A stretch of DNA of 64,000 nt from positions 1,600,001 to 1,664,000 of the forward strand of contig CAWFFN010000009.1 in the NCBI GenBank assembly GCA_963815115.1, given 5' to 3'. The notes below the pieces were generated by a model. The model was not told the origin of the DNA. It saw only the letters and a list, made by a program, of their open reading frames with translations, and did not search any database. Position 1 is the first letter of the stretch. Every line of letters begins with the position of its first letter. Source of the stretch: an uncultured delta proteobacterium. GTDB lineage: Bacteria > Desulfobacterota > Binatia > DP-6. A program made the position numbers and the translations under genes. This document shows positions 40,663 to 50,451 of this stretch, piece by piece.

Positions 40663-40739
40663 TTGAAGCTTCCTCGAGGAGCCTTCAAGAAGGCGGCGCC
40701 CGCTTCGCGTTGACAGCGTCCATCCGCCCGGGCCATGCT
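40663..40739 (+). promoter_or_regulatory. 26-bp imperfect palindrome plus sigma70-like promoter upstream of the DUF1992 gene
   Basis: TTGAAGCTTCCTCGAGGAGCCTTCAA (40663..40688), then TTGACA (40710)-N18-CATGCT. Confidence 0.4.
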
Positions 40740-40777
40740 CGAGAAGGTCGCAATCGGTTCACAACCATGGTGAAGCT

Positions 40778-41176
40778 ATGACCGAGCGCAAACCTGCGGG
40801 CGTCAGTTGGGAGTCGTGGGTCGAGGGGCAGATTCGCGACGGTATGGAGCGCGGAGAGTTCGACGATCTCCCGGGAGCCGGGAAGCCCCTCCGCAACATC
40901 GATCAACCGCATGACGAGACGTGGTGGCTCAGGGAGAAGCTTCGGCGGGAGAACGTCTCCTTCTTGCCTCCGGCGCTCGCTGTCCGCAAGGAGCTCGAGG
41001 ACGCCCTGGATCGGATCGCGAAGGCGGACACCGAGTCAGCCGTGCGACAGCTCGTCGCTGTGATCAACCAGCGGATCGTTCAGGTGAACTCACACGCGAC
41101 GTCTGGGCCGCCGACGAGTGTGATGCCCCTGGACGTGGATCGCGTCATCGAGGAGTGGCGGAACCGCGACAGCTGA
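40778..41176 (+). CDS. DUF1992 (DnaJ-C28 conserved domain) protein
   Basis: MTERKPAGVSWESWVEGQI...GEFDDLPGAGKPL...WWLREKL. Confidence 0.88.
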   Translation: MTERKPAGVSWESWVEGQIRDGMERGEFDDLPGAGKPLRNIDQPHDETWWLREKLRRENVSFLPPALAVRKELEDALDRIAKADTESAVRQLVAVINQRIVQVNSHATSGPPTSVMPLDVDRVIEEWRNRDS

Positions 41177-41300
41177 TTGCGGCCAGCGGCTGGACGCTAC
41201 GAGGAAATGGGCATCGAGCGGCGCACGTTGGTCGATCTCCTCCATGAGCGGCACGCCTCGGTGACGAGCCTGACCGCATGGTGGGAAAAGGGAGACCGAG

Positions 41301-41741
41301 ATGGCTGCAAAAGCGTTCGTGGTCGCGCCAAAGGATTACCCGCCTGCGCTCAACATCGTAGGCGAACACGTCACCGTGCTCGCATCGGGCGAAGCGACGG
41401 AAGGCTACGAGGTCTTCCTCCAGCGTGGGCCCGAAGGCAGTGGCCCGCCACCGCATAGCCATCCTTGGGACGAGTCCTTCTTCGTCGTCAACGGCCAGAT
41501 CGATTTCGGCATCGGTGCCGAGTCGACGACGGCATCGTCCGGCACCCTTGTTCACCTTCCCGCCGGCACCGTGCATTGGTTCCGCTTTGGCAGGGGCGGC
41601 GCCGAAATGATCTCGATGACGTCGCGACTTGGTGCCTCGAAGATGTTCACCGACCTGGCCCTGGAAGTCGCGCCGGTCGATCCCGATTTGGGAAAGCTCG
41701 CAGAGGTCGGCGCCCGGCATGGGCTGAAAGTAGCGGTGTGA
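41301..41741 (+). CDS. Cupin domain protein
   Basis: AAGGGAG RBS; GPPPHSHPWDESF, PAGTVHWF. Confidence 0.88.
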   Translation: MAAKAFVVAPKDYPPALNIVGEHVTVLASGEATEGYEVFLQRGPEGSGPPPHSHPWDESFFVVNGQIDFGIGAESTTASSGTLVHLPAGTVHWFRFGRGGAEMISMTSRLGASKMFTDLALEVAPVDPDLGKLAEVGARHGLKVAV

Positions 41742-41806
41742 ACAGGAGTCATGCCGCCCGCCCTGTCGCCATGGGCGGCGGGCCGCTCATGCACTCGGCG
41801 CTAGAC
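41737..41806 (+). mobile_element. Degenerate attC-like site 3 (70 bp)
   Basis: TGTGAAC overlapping the cupin stop; inverted pair GAGT-CATG / CATGCACTC with a one-base bulge; ends GCTAGAC (one mismatch from GTTAGAC). Confidence 0.4.
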
Positions 41807-41948
41807 GTACCAGCCGGAGGGATACTTCATGGCGATCGCAATGCCTGTTCAGGCGGCTCCTCAACTGGCATCCGCCGATAGAGGGGGAAGTCCGGGTGAG
41901 ACGATGCCCTCGTCGTCCGACCCCGCGCGTGGGCGCTGCGCGACGTAT

Positions 41949-42218
41949 CTACGGGAACACGACCTGGAAGGGCTTCACCTCGACGTGGTTGAACACGCCC
42001 TCCGTGACGTACGGGTCGCGCGCCACCAGCGCCCAGACCTCCGCCAGCGAATCGGCCTCGAGCACGATCAGGCTTCCGGTGCGATCGAGGAACGGACCGG
42101 CCAGGCGGACGCGGCCCGCCTCGGACAGTGGCCGCAGGTGCTCGAGGTGCGCCGGGCGCACCGCCGGGCGCTTCTGGGCGCCCTCGGGAGCGTCGTGGCC
42201 GATGATGACGTACAGCAT
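41949..42218 (-). CDS. yciI: YciI family protein
   Basis: GGAGG RBS; MLYVIIGHD...RPAVRPAHLEHL...LAGP...GSLIV...DPYV. Confidence 0.9.
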   Translation of the reverse strand: MLYVIIGHDAPEGAQKRPAVRPAHLEHLRPLSEAGRVRLAGPFLDRTGSLIVLEADSLAEVWALVARDPYVTEGVFNHVEVKPFQVVFP

Positions 42219-42272
42219 GTCGGATCCGTCCTCCTTGCGCCGCGAGGTGGCGGCGGCTAGCGTTCGAGGGCG

Positions 42273-42677
42273 ATGGCGGACGACGAGCGCGACGGCACGG
42301 CGCCCCCACCCCTGCACTCGCACCTGATCGAGTTCCCCGAGGCGCTCGAGGCCTTCTTCTCCCGCATCGGCGAGCTGAAGGTCATCCTCGGCCCGCGTGC
42401 CGCGGGCGGCGTCGACGCCCTCGAGGCGCTCATCCGCGAGGGGCTTGCGGCGCGCGACCGCGGCGACCCCGTGTCGGCGATGGCGCGCATCACCCAGGCG
42501 ATGTCGCGCCTGGCCGAGCTGGCCGGTGAGAGCGACGCGGCCGAGGCGCCCATGCTGCGCGCCATGGCCGAGCACTTCGCGGCGGCGCTCCGGCGCGGCT
42601 CCCTCGGCGACGCCAAGGACGCCGCCGAGGCGATGCGGACGCGCTCGGGCAGCACGGTCATTCCGCGGCGGCGGTGA
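42273..42677 (+). CDS. Hypothetical all-helical protein, 134 aa
   Basis: GAGGG RBS; amphipathic Ala/Glu/Arg-rich helices; GC-biased third codon positions. Confidence 0.6.
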   Translation: MADDERDGTAPPPLHSHLIEFPEALEAFFSRIGELKVILGPRAAGGVDALEALIREGLAARDRGDPVSAMARITQAMSRLAELAGESDAAEAPMLRAMAEHFAAALRRGSLGDAKDAAEAMRTRSGSTVIPRRR

Positions 42678-43491
42678 GCTCGTCCGGCGCGGCGAGGCAC
42701 GCGGCCAGGCGTTCGAGCGCCCGGGCGGCGTAGAACCCGTCCTCGACGCGCTCGTCGTAGGTGTAGCGCAGCCGGAACACCTCGTCGCTCCCCACGCTGC
42801 CGTCCTCCCTGACCAGCGGCGCGCGCTGCACGCGGCCCATGGTGATGAAGATCGGGATGGTGCCGTAGTCGTAGAGGTGGTGAAACGCGGCGTCGAGGCC
42901 GACGCTGCCCAGGTTGGCGATGAACGCCGACGCGTAGAGTGGGTCGTCCTTGATGAGCGCGGCCGGCAGCAGGTTCCACCCGTCGAGCACGCGTTGCGCG
43001 CGCACCGCCAGGCGCAGCAGCGGGGCGGGCAGGCGGAGGAAGCCCTTCACCTCGCGGTCGGCGGCGGTCTCGCGGCCCGAGCGGCCTTCGCCGAGCACGG
43101 AGAGGAGCCGGTCGACCATCGCCGGCAGCGGCTCGCCGCGCCTGAACTCGATCTTCGCCGTGAAGATGGGCGCGTCGCGGTGCATCTGCTGCTTGGCGCT
43201 GAAGGCGAGCCAGATGCCGCGGCGGTCGTAGAGCCGGCTACCGACGACGAAGCGGTTCAGCCGCGGGAAGTCGGTGAGCGCGATTCCGATGGCGTAGAGG
43301 ACGCAGTGGAAGTAGGTGACGCGGCGATCGGCCGGTCGAGCCGCGTTCACGCCCTCGAGCAGCGCCCGCAGCGGCGCGGTCGGGATGTCCTGCTCGAAGA
43401 GAACGAAGGCGCCGTTCCGGACCGGCATGATGAAGGGCATGATCCGGCGGATCGGGTGGACCTGTGCGACCGGTGTGCCGTCAATGCGCAT
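42658..43491 (-). CDS. Stand-alone 2-oxoacid dehydrogenase E2-like acyltransferase catalytic domain
   Basis: FPRLNRFV, AFIANLGSVG, YTYDERVEDG (variant of DHRxxDG). Confidence 0.85.
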   Translation of the reverse strand: MRIDGTPVAQVHPIRRIMPFIMPVRNGAFVLFEQDIPTAPLRALLEGVNAARPADRRVTYFHCVLYAIGIALTDFPRLNRFVVGSRLYDRRGIWLAFSAKQQMHRDAPIFTAKIEFRRGEPLPAMVDRLLSVLGEGRSGRETAADREVKGFLRLPAPLLRLAVRAQRVLDGWNLLPAALIKDDPLYASAFIANLGSVGLDAAFHHLYDYGTIPIFITMGRVQRAPLVREDGSVGSDEVFRLRYTYDERVEDGFYAARALERLAACLAAPDELTAAAE

Positions 43492-45024
43492 CGAGCCAGC
43501 GCTCCGCATTCCGCAGCGCGACCGCGACGATCGTCTCCTGCGGGTTGACGCCGATGGAGGAGGGCAGGGCGCTCGCGTCCGCCACCACCAGGCCGTGCAC
43601 CCCGTGCACGGCACCGCCGGCGTCGATCGCGCCGCGCGCGGGGTCGGTGGCCATGCGCGCGGTCCCCATGATGTGGACGGTCATCAGCTCGATGGTCTCC
43701 CGCACGCGAGGGCGCGTGGCGATGCGCCGGAGCTGGTGCGGACCGTCCAGCACGGGCATGTCGGCGAACGGCAGCAGGACCCGGCGGGCGCCGGCGGCGA
43801 ACAGGAGCTCCGCCGTGAGCGCCACGCCGCGGTGCAGGCGCTCGAGGTCGGCGTCGCCGAGGGTCTGGACGAGATAGGGCTCGCCGTCCGGGCCCATGAT
43901 CACGCGCCCCTCGGTGTCGTCCTCGACCAGCGTCGCGGCCGTGAGCATGTGGTTGTAGAGCGACATGATGGCCGCGTTCTCGGACCCGAGCCCCGGCAGA
44001 GCGGCCGCCAGCAGCCCGGGCGGCACCGCGGCATAGCCGATCAAGATCCCGTCGCCCAGGAAGTGATGGATGTGGAACGCCTGATGGGTGCCGATCCAGG
44101 GATCGATGCGCTCGTCGAAGATGCCGACGCACTTGGCGTTCGGATGGGTGTGCAGGCCGCGCCCGATGGCCCGGGCGCGCAGCGGCTGCGCCGCAGGATG
44201 CCCGGCGTGTGACGCGCGCCGGCGGCGAGCACGACCAGCGGCGCGCGCACCTCGAAGCGGCGCCGGCGGCGGCCGTCGGCGTCCAGCAGGCGCCCGCGCA
44301 CGCCCACCGCGCGCGTGCCCTTCCAGAGCACGCGCTCGACCCGCGCATCGGTGAGGAGGGCCGCGCCCGCCGCGAGCGCGCGCGGCACCTCGGTGACGTG
44401 CATCGCCTGCTTCGCGCCAGTTGGACAGCCCAGCGCGCAGTTGTTGAGCCCGACGCAGCGACGCATGTTGCGCGGCGCGCGCGCCAGGGGCCAGCCGAGA
44501 CGCTCGGCCCCCAGCATGAAGAGCTGCGTGTTGCGCCCGAAGGTGTCCTCCTGGTTCGGCTCGGCGTGCAGGATGCGCTCGGCTTCCTCGAAGTACGGCT
44601 CCATGGCGCGCGGCCCCAGGCCGGCGAGCCCGAGCTCCCCCTCCCAGCGGGCCAGCACGGGCTCGGGCGTTCGCCAGGTCATGCCGCCGTTGATCACCGT
44701 GGACCCGCCGACGCAGCGCCCCTCGGCGAAGATGATCGGCGGGTTGCCGAGGATCATGCTCGTGCCGGCGTCGCGGTAGAGGCGGCGGATCATCGTGCCC
44801 GGATCGGTGGTGAAGGTCTCCGTGCGGTGCAGCGCGCCCTCTTCCAGCATGAGCACGTCGAGGCCGCCGTCGCGCAGCCGTGCCGCCGCCGTCGCGCCGC
44901 CGGCGCCCGTGCCCACGACGACGGCGTCGGCGTGAAAGACCGGGTTGCGGTCGAGGGACGCGCCCGCCGTGACGTTGGGATAGTCGATGCGGTGCTCGGG
45001 CGGGGACGGAAGCGGCGCGGTCAT
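43481..45024 (-). pseudogene. GMC family oxidoreductase split by a 1-bp frameshift near 44183 (pseudogene or sequencing error)
   Basis: N-half in ORF 44041..45024 (GTGAGG, GRCVGGSTVING, CALGCP, AGARHTPGILRRS); C-half in the frame of 43481..45598 (IGRGLHTHP, HIMGTARM, VADAS, GVNPQETI). Confidence 0.85.
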
Positions 45025-45193
45025 CCCGGGGTGCCGATAGATCCGGTGCGGGCGTCGAGGTCAACGGCGACCGTGGAGGCTTCCTGGTCGGACCGCTGAA
45101 GTGCAATGGCGCTCGCTGTAGACCCTGTAGCCACTGGGTCCCCTTGCGCCACCCCCGGGGCCGACAATCCATTGTTTGCGCGGGCCTCCTCGC

Positions 45194-45209
45194 TGGCACG
45201 CGGACTGCA
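45194..45209 (+). promoter_or_regulatory. Putative sigma54 (-24/-12) promoter
   Basis: TGGCACGCGGACTGCA = TGGCAC-N6-TGCA (GG-N10-GC), 31 nt before the ATG at 45241. Confidence 0.65.
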
Positions 45210-45240
45210 CTCGCAGGTTCGAGTCCACGGAGGAGAGCGC

Positions 45241-45639
45241 ATGAAGAGAGTTGCGAGGGAGAAGGAGGACCGACCCGGGCGTCTGTTGCGACTGGACACC
45301 ATCCTGCCGGAGCAGTTCTTCTCGCTGCGCGAGCAGCAAGGCTGGAGAGGTGAGCAGCGTCTGATGGCGGCCATTCTCGTCGATGCACTCGCCGTCTACT
45401 CCAGGCGCGCCGTACCCGGCGCGTCGGATGCCGGACACGTGCTGCGACAAACGCAGCACTGGCTCCGGAGCAACGATCGCACCTCGCCGTGCTCCTTCCT
45501 TCGCGTGTGCGAGGTGCTGGGACTGGAGCCGGATGCCGTCCGGCGCCATCTGCGCGACGGCGGTGGCGAGGAAGCGGCACAGGGTCGCAGCTTCGCATTC
45601 GCCCGCCTCAAGTCGCCACGCCGCCTGGTCGGGGGATGA
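45241..45639 (+). CDS. Conserved-looking hypothetical protein, 132 aa
   Basis: GGAGGAG RBS; DTILPEQFF...GEQRLMAAILVDA...WLRSND..PCSFLRVCEVLGLEPDAVR. Confidence 0.75.
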   Translation: MKRVAREKEDRPGRLLRLDTILPEQFFSLREQQGWRGEQRLMAAILVDALAVYSRRAVPGASDAGHVLRQTQHWLRSNDRTSPCSFLRVCEVLGLEPDAVRRHLRDGGGEEAAQGRSFAFARLKSPRRLVGG

Positions 45640-45717
45640 TGCCCCCGTCCGCCGAGAGACGTCGCGCGCTCGGGTAGGGTGAGGGGCTCGGAGCAGCGCG
45701 CGCCTTCGGGTCCGGCG

Positions 45718-46632
45718 TCAACGACGGGGACGATAGTCCGCCAGCCACGTCTTGAGCGCGCGCGTGACGACGGCGGACGCATCCTGCTGCACGAAGTGTC
45801 CCGCGCCCGGGACCGTCACGAGCGTGAGGCTCTGGTCGAGCCACTGCCACGTCCCGTCGAGCCCCGCCGACAGGAGGAAGGGGTCGGCGAGCCCGTAGAC
45901 GATCAGGGCCGGCGCCTGGACCTGCGGCAGGGCGAGGTCCGGATAGGGCGCGCGCGGGTAGTTTCGCCGGTAGTAGTTCAGCATGGCGGTGAAATCGGAT
46001 CGGCGAAACGCCTCGACGTAGCGCTCGCGTGCGGCTGGATCACGCACCCACGCGGCGAGGCCCTCGGCGGTCAGTGCCTGCTCCGCGCCGTCCTGCTGGA
46101 ACACGCGGGCGTATGCGCTGGCAGCCTCCTGCGCGGGATTGTCGCGCAGCTCGCGGAAGAGGCAGCGCGGATGGGGCGCATTCAGGGCCGCCACGCGCTC
46201 CGTCATGGCGGGATGGGTGATGGCGAAGAGCCACGCGACCTCCCCGCCCCAGTCGTGACCGACGACCACGGCCTTGTCGCGGCCGACGTCGTGGATCACC
46301 GCCGCGACGTCGTTGGCGAGGAGGAGAATGTCGTACTGCCCCACTCCCGCCGGCTTGTCGCTCAGGTTGTAGCCCCGCTGGTCCATCGCGACCACCTGGT
46401 AGTGGTGCGACAACGCCGCCATCTGGTCGCGCCAGGTGTACCAGAAGTCCGGAAACCCGTGGATCATGACGACGAGCGGCCCGTGCCCGAGGGTGGCGTA
46501 GTGGATGCGCACGCCGTCGCTGTCGGCGTAGCCGTCGCGCACGCGATCGTAGACGTCGCGGGTGGCGGCACCGGCCTCTACCGCGAGGACCACGAGCACG
46601 AGCGTCGAGTACCGCAGGATCCTTCGGAGCAT
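45718..46632 (-). CDS. Secreted epoxide hydrolase-like alpha/beta hydrolase
   Basis: Signal peptide (VEAGA); [31 protein letters not shown]. Confidence 0.9.
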   Translation of the reverse strand: MLRRILRYSTLVLVVLAVEAGAATRDVYDRVRDGYADSDGVRIHYATLGHGPLVVMIHGFPDFWYTWRDQMAALSHHYQVVAMDQRGYNLSDKPAGVGQYDILLLANDVAAVIHDVGRDKAVVVGHDWGGEVAWLFAITHPAMTERVAALNAPHPRCLFRELRDNPAQEAASAYARVFQQDGAEQALTAEGLAAWVRDPAARERYVEAFRRSDFTAMLNYYRRNYPRAPYPDLALPQVQAPALIVYGLADPFLLSAGLDGTWQWLDQSLTLVTVPGAGHFVQQDASAVVTRALKTWLADYRPRR

Positions 46633-46747
46633 GGGTCCCGGAGTACCACACCCTCGCCTGGCGATGCAGCGGTCGTTCGTCGTCGCCGGCTGGGAACTGC
46701 CGATCCCGTCGGTTGCGTCGGCGCCCACGAGCCCCTAGGCCGGACGC

Positions 46748-47911
46748 ATGCGCCCGGGGCGGGTCATCATCGTGGGCGCGGGGATCGGGGGCATGGCGCT
46801 GGCGGCCGCTCTGCAGCGCCTGGACATCCCGGTGCTCGTGCTGGAGCGCGCCGCGCGCCTCGGCGAGGTGGGCGCAGGCCTGGGTGTCCTGCCGAACGCG
46901 GTGCGCGCCCTCGCCGCGATCGGCGTCTCGCGCAAGCTCTACGGCAACGCCGGCCCCTTTCGACGCTTTCGGATCTGCAACCAGCGCGGCGAGGAGCTCA
47001 ACGAGGTCGACTTCGAGGCGGCCTTCCGGCGCGTCGGAGGCGAGGGGTACGTCATGCATCGCACGGCGCTCCACGCTGCGATCTCGGAGTGCGTGGACCC
47101 GGGCTCCGTCCGCACGGACGCGTGCGTCACGTCGATCGAGCAGAGCGCGGCCGGCGTCTCGGTACACGTCGCGAGCGACCCGGCTCCGGTTTCGGGGGAT
47201 GTCCTCGTGGGCGCCGACGGGCTCAATTCGGTCGTACGCGCACACGTCCTCGGCGATGGTCCACCGAGGTATGCGGGGGAGACCATCTTCCGTGGAATCA
47301 CGGAAGCCGCGCTCGACCCTCCCGACGTCTGCCGCGAGGTGCTGGGTGCGGGGCAGCGGGCGGCCTTCTACGACATGGGAGCGGGCCGCTGCTACTGGTG
47401 GGCGACGGATCCCGTTCCGCCGGGGACCCACATCGCCGAGACGGCCCGGAGCGCCTACCTGCAGGAGCGGTTCGCGGGATGGCCCTACGGCTTGCCCGCG
47501 CTCTTCGCGCGCACGCCCTCGGAGCGCATCCTGCAGAACGACATCTTCGACCGGAAGCCGGCCCGGACATGGCACCGCCAGCGGGTCGTGCTGCTCGGCG
47601 ACGCGGCCCACCCCACCACGCCGAACCTGGGTCAGGGCGCGTGCCTCGCGCTCGAGGATGCCGTCGTGCTGGCGCGTACGATCCGCCAGTCAGCCGACTG
47701 CGAGGGCGCGTTCGCGTACTATCACCGCGTGCGGGGGCCGCGTACGGCGCGCATCACCCGACTGTCGCGCTGGTGGGGTCGCTCCGGGCTGTGGAAGGCC
47801 GCCCCCCTCGTGTGGCTCCGCGACCAGGGCTATCGATCCACGCCCCGGTCGTGGTTCGACTGGGGTATGCGCGATCAGTACGGCTACGATGCGGGCGCGC
47901 TGACCGGGTGA
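46748..47911 (+). CDS. FAD-dependent monooxygenase (salicylate hydroxylase/zeaxanthin epoxidase-like)
   Basis: GAGIGG, GADGLNS, LLGDAAHPTTPNLGQGA. Confidence 0.92.
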   Translation: MRPGRVIIVGAGIGGMALAAALQRLDIPVLVLERAARLGEVGAGLGVLPNAVRALAAIGVSRKLYGNAGPFRRFRICNQRGEELNEVDFEAAFRRVGGEGYVMHRTALHAAISECVDPGSVRTDACVTSIEQSAAGVSVHVASDPAPVSGDVLVGADGLNSVVRAHVLGDGPPRYAGETIFRGITEAALDPPDVCREVLGAGQRAAFYDMGAGRCYWWATDPVPPGTHIAETARSAYLQERFAGWPYGLPALFARTPSERILQNDIFDRKPARTWHRQRVVLLGDAAHPTTPNLGQGACLALEDAVVLARTIRQSADCEGAFAYYHRVRGPRTARITRLSRWWGRSGLWKAAPLVWLRDQGYRSTPRSWFDWGMRDQYGYDAGALTG

Positions 47912-47929
47912 GGTCTGCTCGAGCGGCGT

Positions 47930-48706
47930 TCACGGATTCCCGTCGCGCATGATCCGCAGGACACGCAGGAACGGCTCGCGCGAGACGGAACCGGCGCGGG
48001 TGAAGGGCGCCTCGAGCACCACGATCACGAAGATGAAGAGCGCGATGGTGCCGGCGAAGGTCGCGGTGGTCAGCATGTGGAGCCGGAGGTTGCTGACCCC
48101 GAAGAAGTAGCTGAAGCCCACCGTCAGCGCCGCGCCGCCCAGCAGCGCGACCCAGAGCACGGGAGGGATCTTGGACCGCGCGCGCAGGAGCCGAAGGTTG
48201 CGGTTCTCGGCGAGGTCGTTCATGCGGCGCAGCGTCTCGCCCTGGGCCGCCAGCTCGCGGAAGTCGCCGACGGGGAGCGCCCGGTAGAGGCGCCAGACGT
48301 CATCGAACGCCGCCCGCGCCCGGGGGCTCTCGCCGCCGTGGCTCATGGCGTCCCACTCGTCGTCGACGACTGCCTCGGCGTAGGCCCGCAGGGCGGCGAC
48401 CAGCGGCCCGGCAACCGACTCGGGATACTGGGTCGCATCGCGACGCAGCTCGAGCAGGTTCGCGGCCTCCTCCTCCACCGTGGTGGTGATGCCGTTGTGG
48501 TGCTGCCACACGGTGATGACGACGAACGCGAGCAGCACGGCGTAGATCGTGCCCACCACCTGGAACTCGGCGCCGGTCATGTCGTGGTGGGGGGCGAGCC
48601 TCTCCCGTGGCAGGACGCGCCGGGTGACGAGCAGTCCGGCCAGGGCGAGCGCGATGCCGGAACCGACCACCGTCAGGCACAGCCACGGCAGGGCGAGGTC
48701 GAGCAT
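47930..48706 (-). CDS. DUF4239 (bestrophin-like) membrane protein
   Basis: VGTIYAVLLAFV, EAANL, YAEAVVDDEW, LEAPF. Confidence 0.8.
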   Translation of the reverse strand: MLDLALPWLCLTVVGSGIALALAGLLVTRRVLPRERLAPHHDMTGAEFQVVGTIYAVLLAFVVITVWQHHNGITTTVEEEAANLLELRRDATQYPESVAGPLVAALRAYAEAVVDDEWDAMSHGGESPRARAAFDDVWRLYRALPVGDFRELAAQGETLRRMNDLAENRNLRLLRARSKIPPVLWVALLGGAALTVGFSYFFGVSNLRLHMLTTATFAGTIALFIFVIVVLEAPFTRAGSVSREPFLRVLRIMRDGNP

Positions 48707-48830
48707 GATCCTGCGCGGCCTTTTCGACGATCCGGCCGCTGAACGCCAGCGGGAGTGCCCCGTCGCACCCCGGGCGCCATTTGCCGTCGAACGGCGGACC
48801 GCGATAGGCAGTTCGATCAACGGAAGTCGC

Positions 48831-50441
48831 ATGGCGGAACCCATTGCCGACGTGCTGATCATCGGCGCCGGTGCGTCCGGCGCCGCGCTCGCGTGGAGCC
48901 TCGCGGACACGCGCATGCGTGTCGTCTGCCTCGAGCAGGGCGACTGGATGAATCCCGCGGAGCTCCCCGGCATGTCGACGAGCTGGGAGGTCCGACAGGT
49001 CGGCGATTTCAACTTCAGCCCCAACGTGCGCGGCCGGCGCGAGGACTACCCCGTCAACGACGGCGACTCGCCGATCGCGGTCTCGATGTTCAACGCCGTC
49101 GGCGGCAGCACGATCCTCTACGCGGCGCACTTCCCGCGCTTCCGCCCGTCCGATTTCAAGGTGCGGACGCTCGACGGCGTCGCCGACGACTGGCCGCTCG
49201 ACTACGCGCGGCTCGCCCCCTACTACGATGTGAACGCGCGCATGACGGGGGTGTCGGGGCTGGCCGGCGACCCCGCGTACCCGCCGAAGGAGCTGCCCCT
49301 TCCCCCCGTGCCGCTCGGCAAGCTGGGCGAGACGCTGGCGGCAGGCTTTAACCGCCTCGGCTGGCACTGGTGGCCATCCGACAGCGCGATCACGACCCGC
49401 GAGTACGAAGGCCGCGCGCCCTGCATCAACGCCGGCACCTGCCTCGTCGGGTGCCCGCAGGGCGCGAAGGGCAGCACCGACGTCACCTACTGGCCGCCGG
49501 CCCTGCGTCGCGGCGTGCACCTCGAGACCCGCTGCCGGGTGCGGGAGATCACCGTCGGCGACGACGGCATGGCGAGCGGCGTCATCTACTACGACGCCGA
49601 GGGGGTCGAGCGGCGGCAGAAGGCCGAGGTCGTGGTGCTCGCGTGCAACGGCATCGGCACGCCGCGCCTGCTCCTCAACTCACGCTCGCGCCACTTCCCC
49701 GACGGGCTCGCGAACCGCAGCGGCCTGGTCGGCAGGAACCTCATGTTCCACCCCTATGCGATGGTGACGGGGATCTTCGACGAGCCGCTCGAAGGCTACA
49801 AGGGTCCGACGGGCTGCTCGATCATGAGCCAGGAGTTCTACGACACCGATCTGTCGCGCGGCTTCGTCCGCGGCTACTCGTTCGAGATGCTGCGTGGCTT
49901 CGGGCCGATCTACACGGCGCTCTGGGCCATGACGGCGGGCCGGCTGCCGTGGGGAGCCGAACACCATCGCGCCTTTTCGGAGCTCTTCGACCGCACCGCG
50001 GGCATGGTCGTGATCTCGGAGGACCTGCCCGATCCGGAGAACTCGGTGACGCTCGATCCGGCGCTGACGGATTCGAACGGCATCCCATCGCCGAAGATCA
50101 CCTATCGCCTGAGCGAGAACAGCACGAAGATGCTCGCCCACGCCGTGGCGCGCGGCCAGGAGGTGCTCGAGGCCTCCGGGGCGAGGGCCACGGTGGTCGA
50201 GTCGCCCCTTCGGATCGCCGGCTGGCATCTCATGGGGACGGCGCGCATGGGATCGGATCCCCGCACCTCGGTCGTGAACTCCTGGGGCCGGTGTCACGAC
50301 GTCCGCAACCTGTTCATCGTCGACGGCAGCATCTTCGTGACCTCGGCGGCCGTGAACCCCACCAACACCATCCAGGCGCTGGCGCTCTACATCGCCGACA
50401 CGATGAAGAAGAAGCTCGCGTCCCTCTTCGACGACGACTGA
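48831..50441 (+). CDS. GMC family oxidoreductase, flavoprotein subunit
   Basis: GAGASG, VGGSTI, DWPLDY, CINAGTCLVGCP, GLVGRNLMFH, HLMGTARMG, NPTNTI. Confidence 0.93.
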   Translation: MAEPIADVLIIGAGASGAALAWSLADTRMRVVCLEQGDWMNPAELPGMSTSWEVRQVGDFNFSPNVRGRREDYPVNDGDSPIAVSMFNAVGGSTILYAAHFPRFRPSDFKVRTLDGVADDWPLDYARLAPYYDVNARMTGVSGLAGDPAYPPKELPLPPVPLGKLGETLAAGFNRLGWHWWPSDSAITTREYEGRAPCINAGTCLVGCPQGAKGSTDVTYWPPALRRGVHLETRCRVREITVGDDGMASGVIYYDAEGVERRQKAEVVVLACNGIGTPRLLLNSRSRHFPDGLANRSGLVGRNLMFHPYAMVTGIFDEPLEGYKGPTGCSIMSQEFYDTDLSRGFVRGYSFEMLRGFGPIYTALWAMTAGRLPWGAEHHRAFSELFDRTAGMVVISEDLPDPENSVTLDPALTDSNGIPSPKITYRLSENSTKMLAHAVARGQEVLEASGARATVVESPLRIAGWHLMGTARMGSDPRTSVVNSWGRCHDVRNLFIVDGSIFVTSAAVNPTNTIQALALYIADTMKKKLASLFDDD

Positions 50442-50451
50442 GGGGCCGGAG

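Noticed and set aside
41829-42260. 143-aa plus-strand ORF with an RBS after the third attC-like site
   Set aside because: Most of it is antisense to yciI; at best the first ~30 codons are a truncated cassette remnant, so it was not called as a gene.
44175-44195. Programmed ribosomal frameshift in the GMC gene
   Set aside because: No slippery sequence or homopolymer is present; a simple 1-bp deletion explains it.
48733-48752. CGGCCGCTGAACGCCAGCG resembles the right arm of an attC site
   Set aside because: No matching left arm or GTTRRRY box; an isolated fragment is too short to call.
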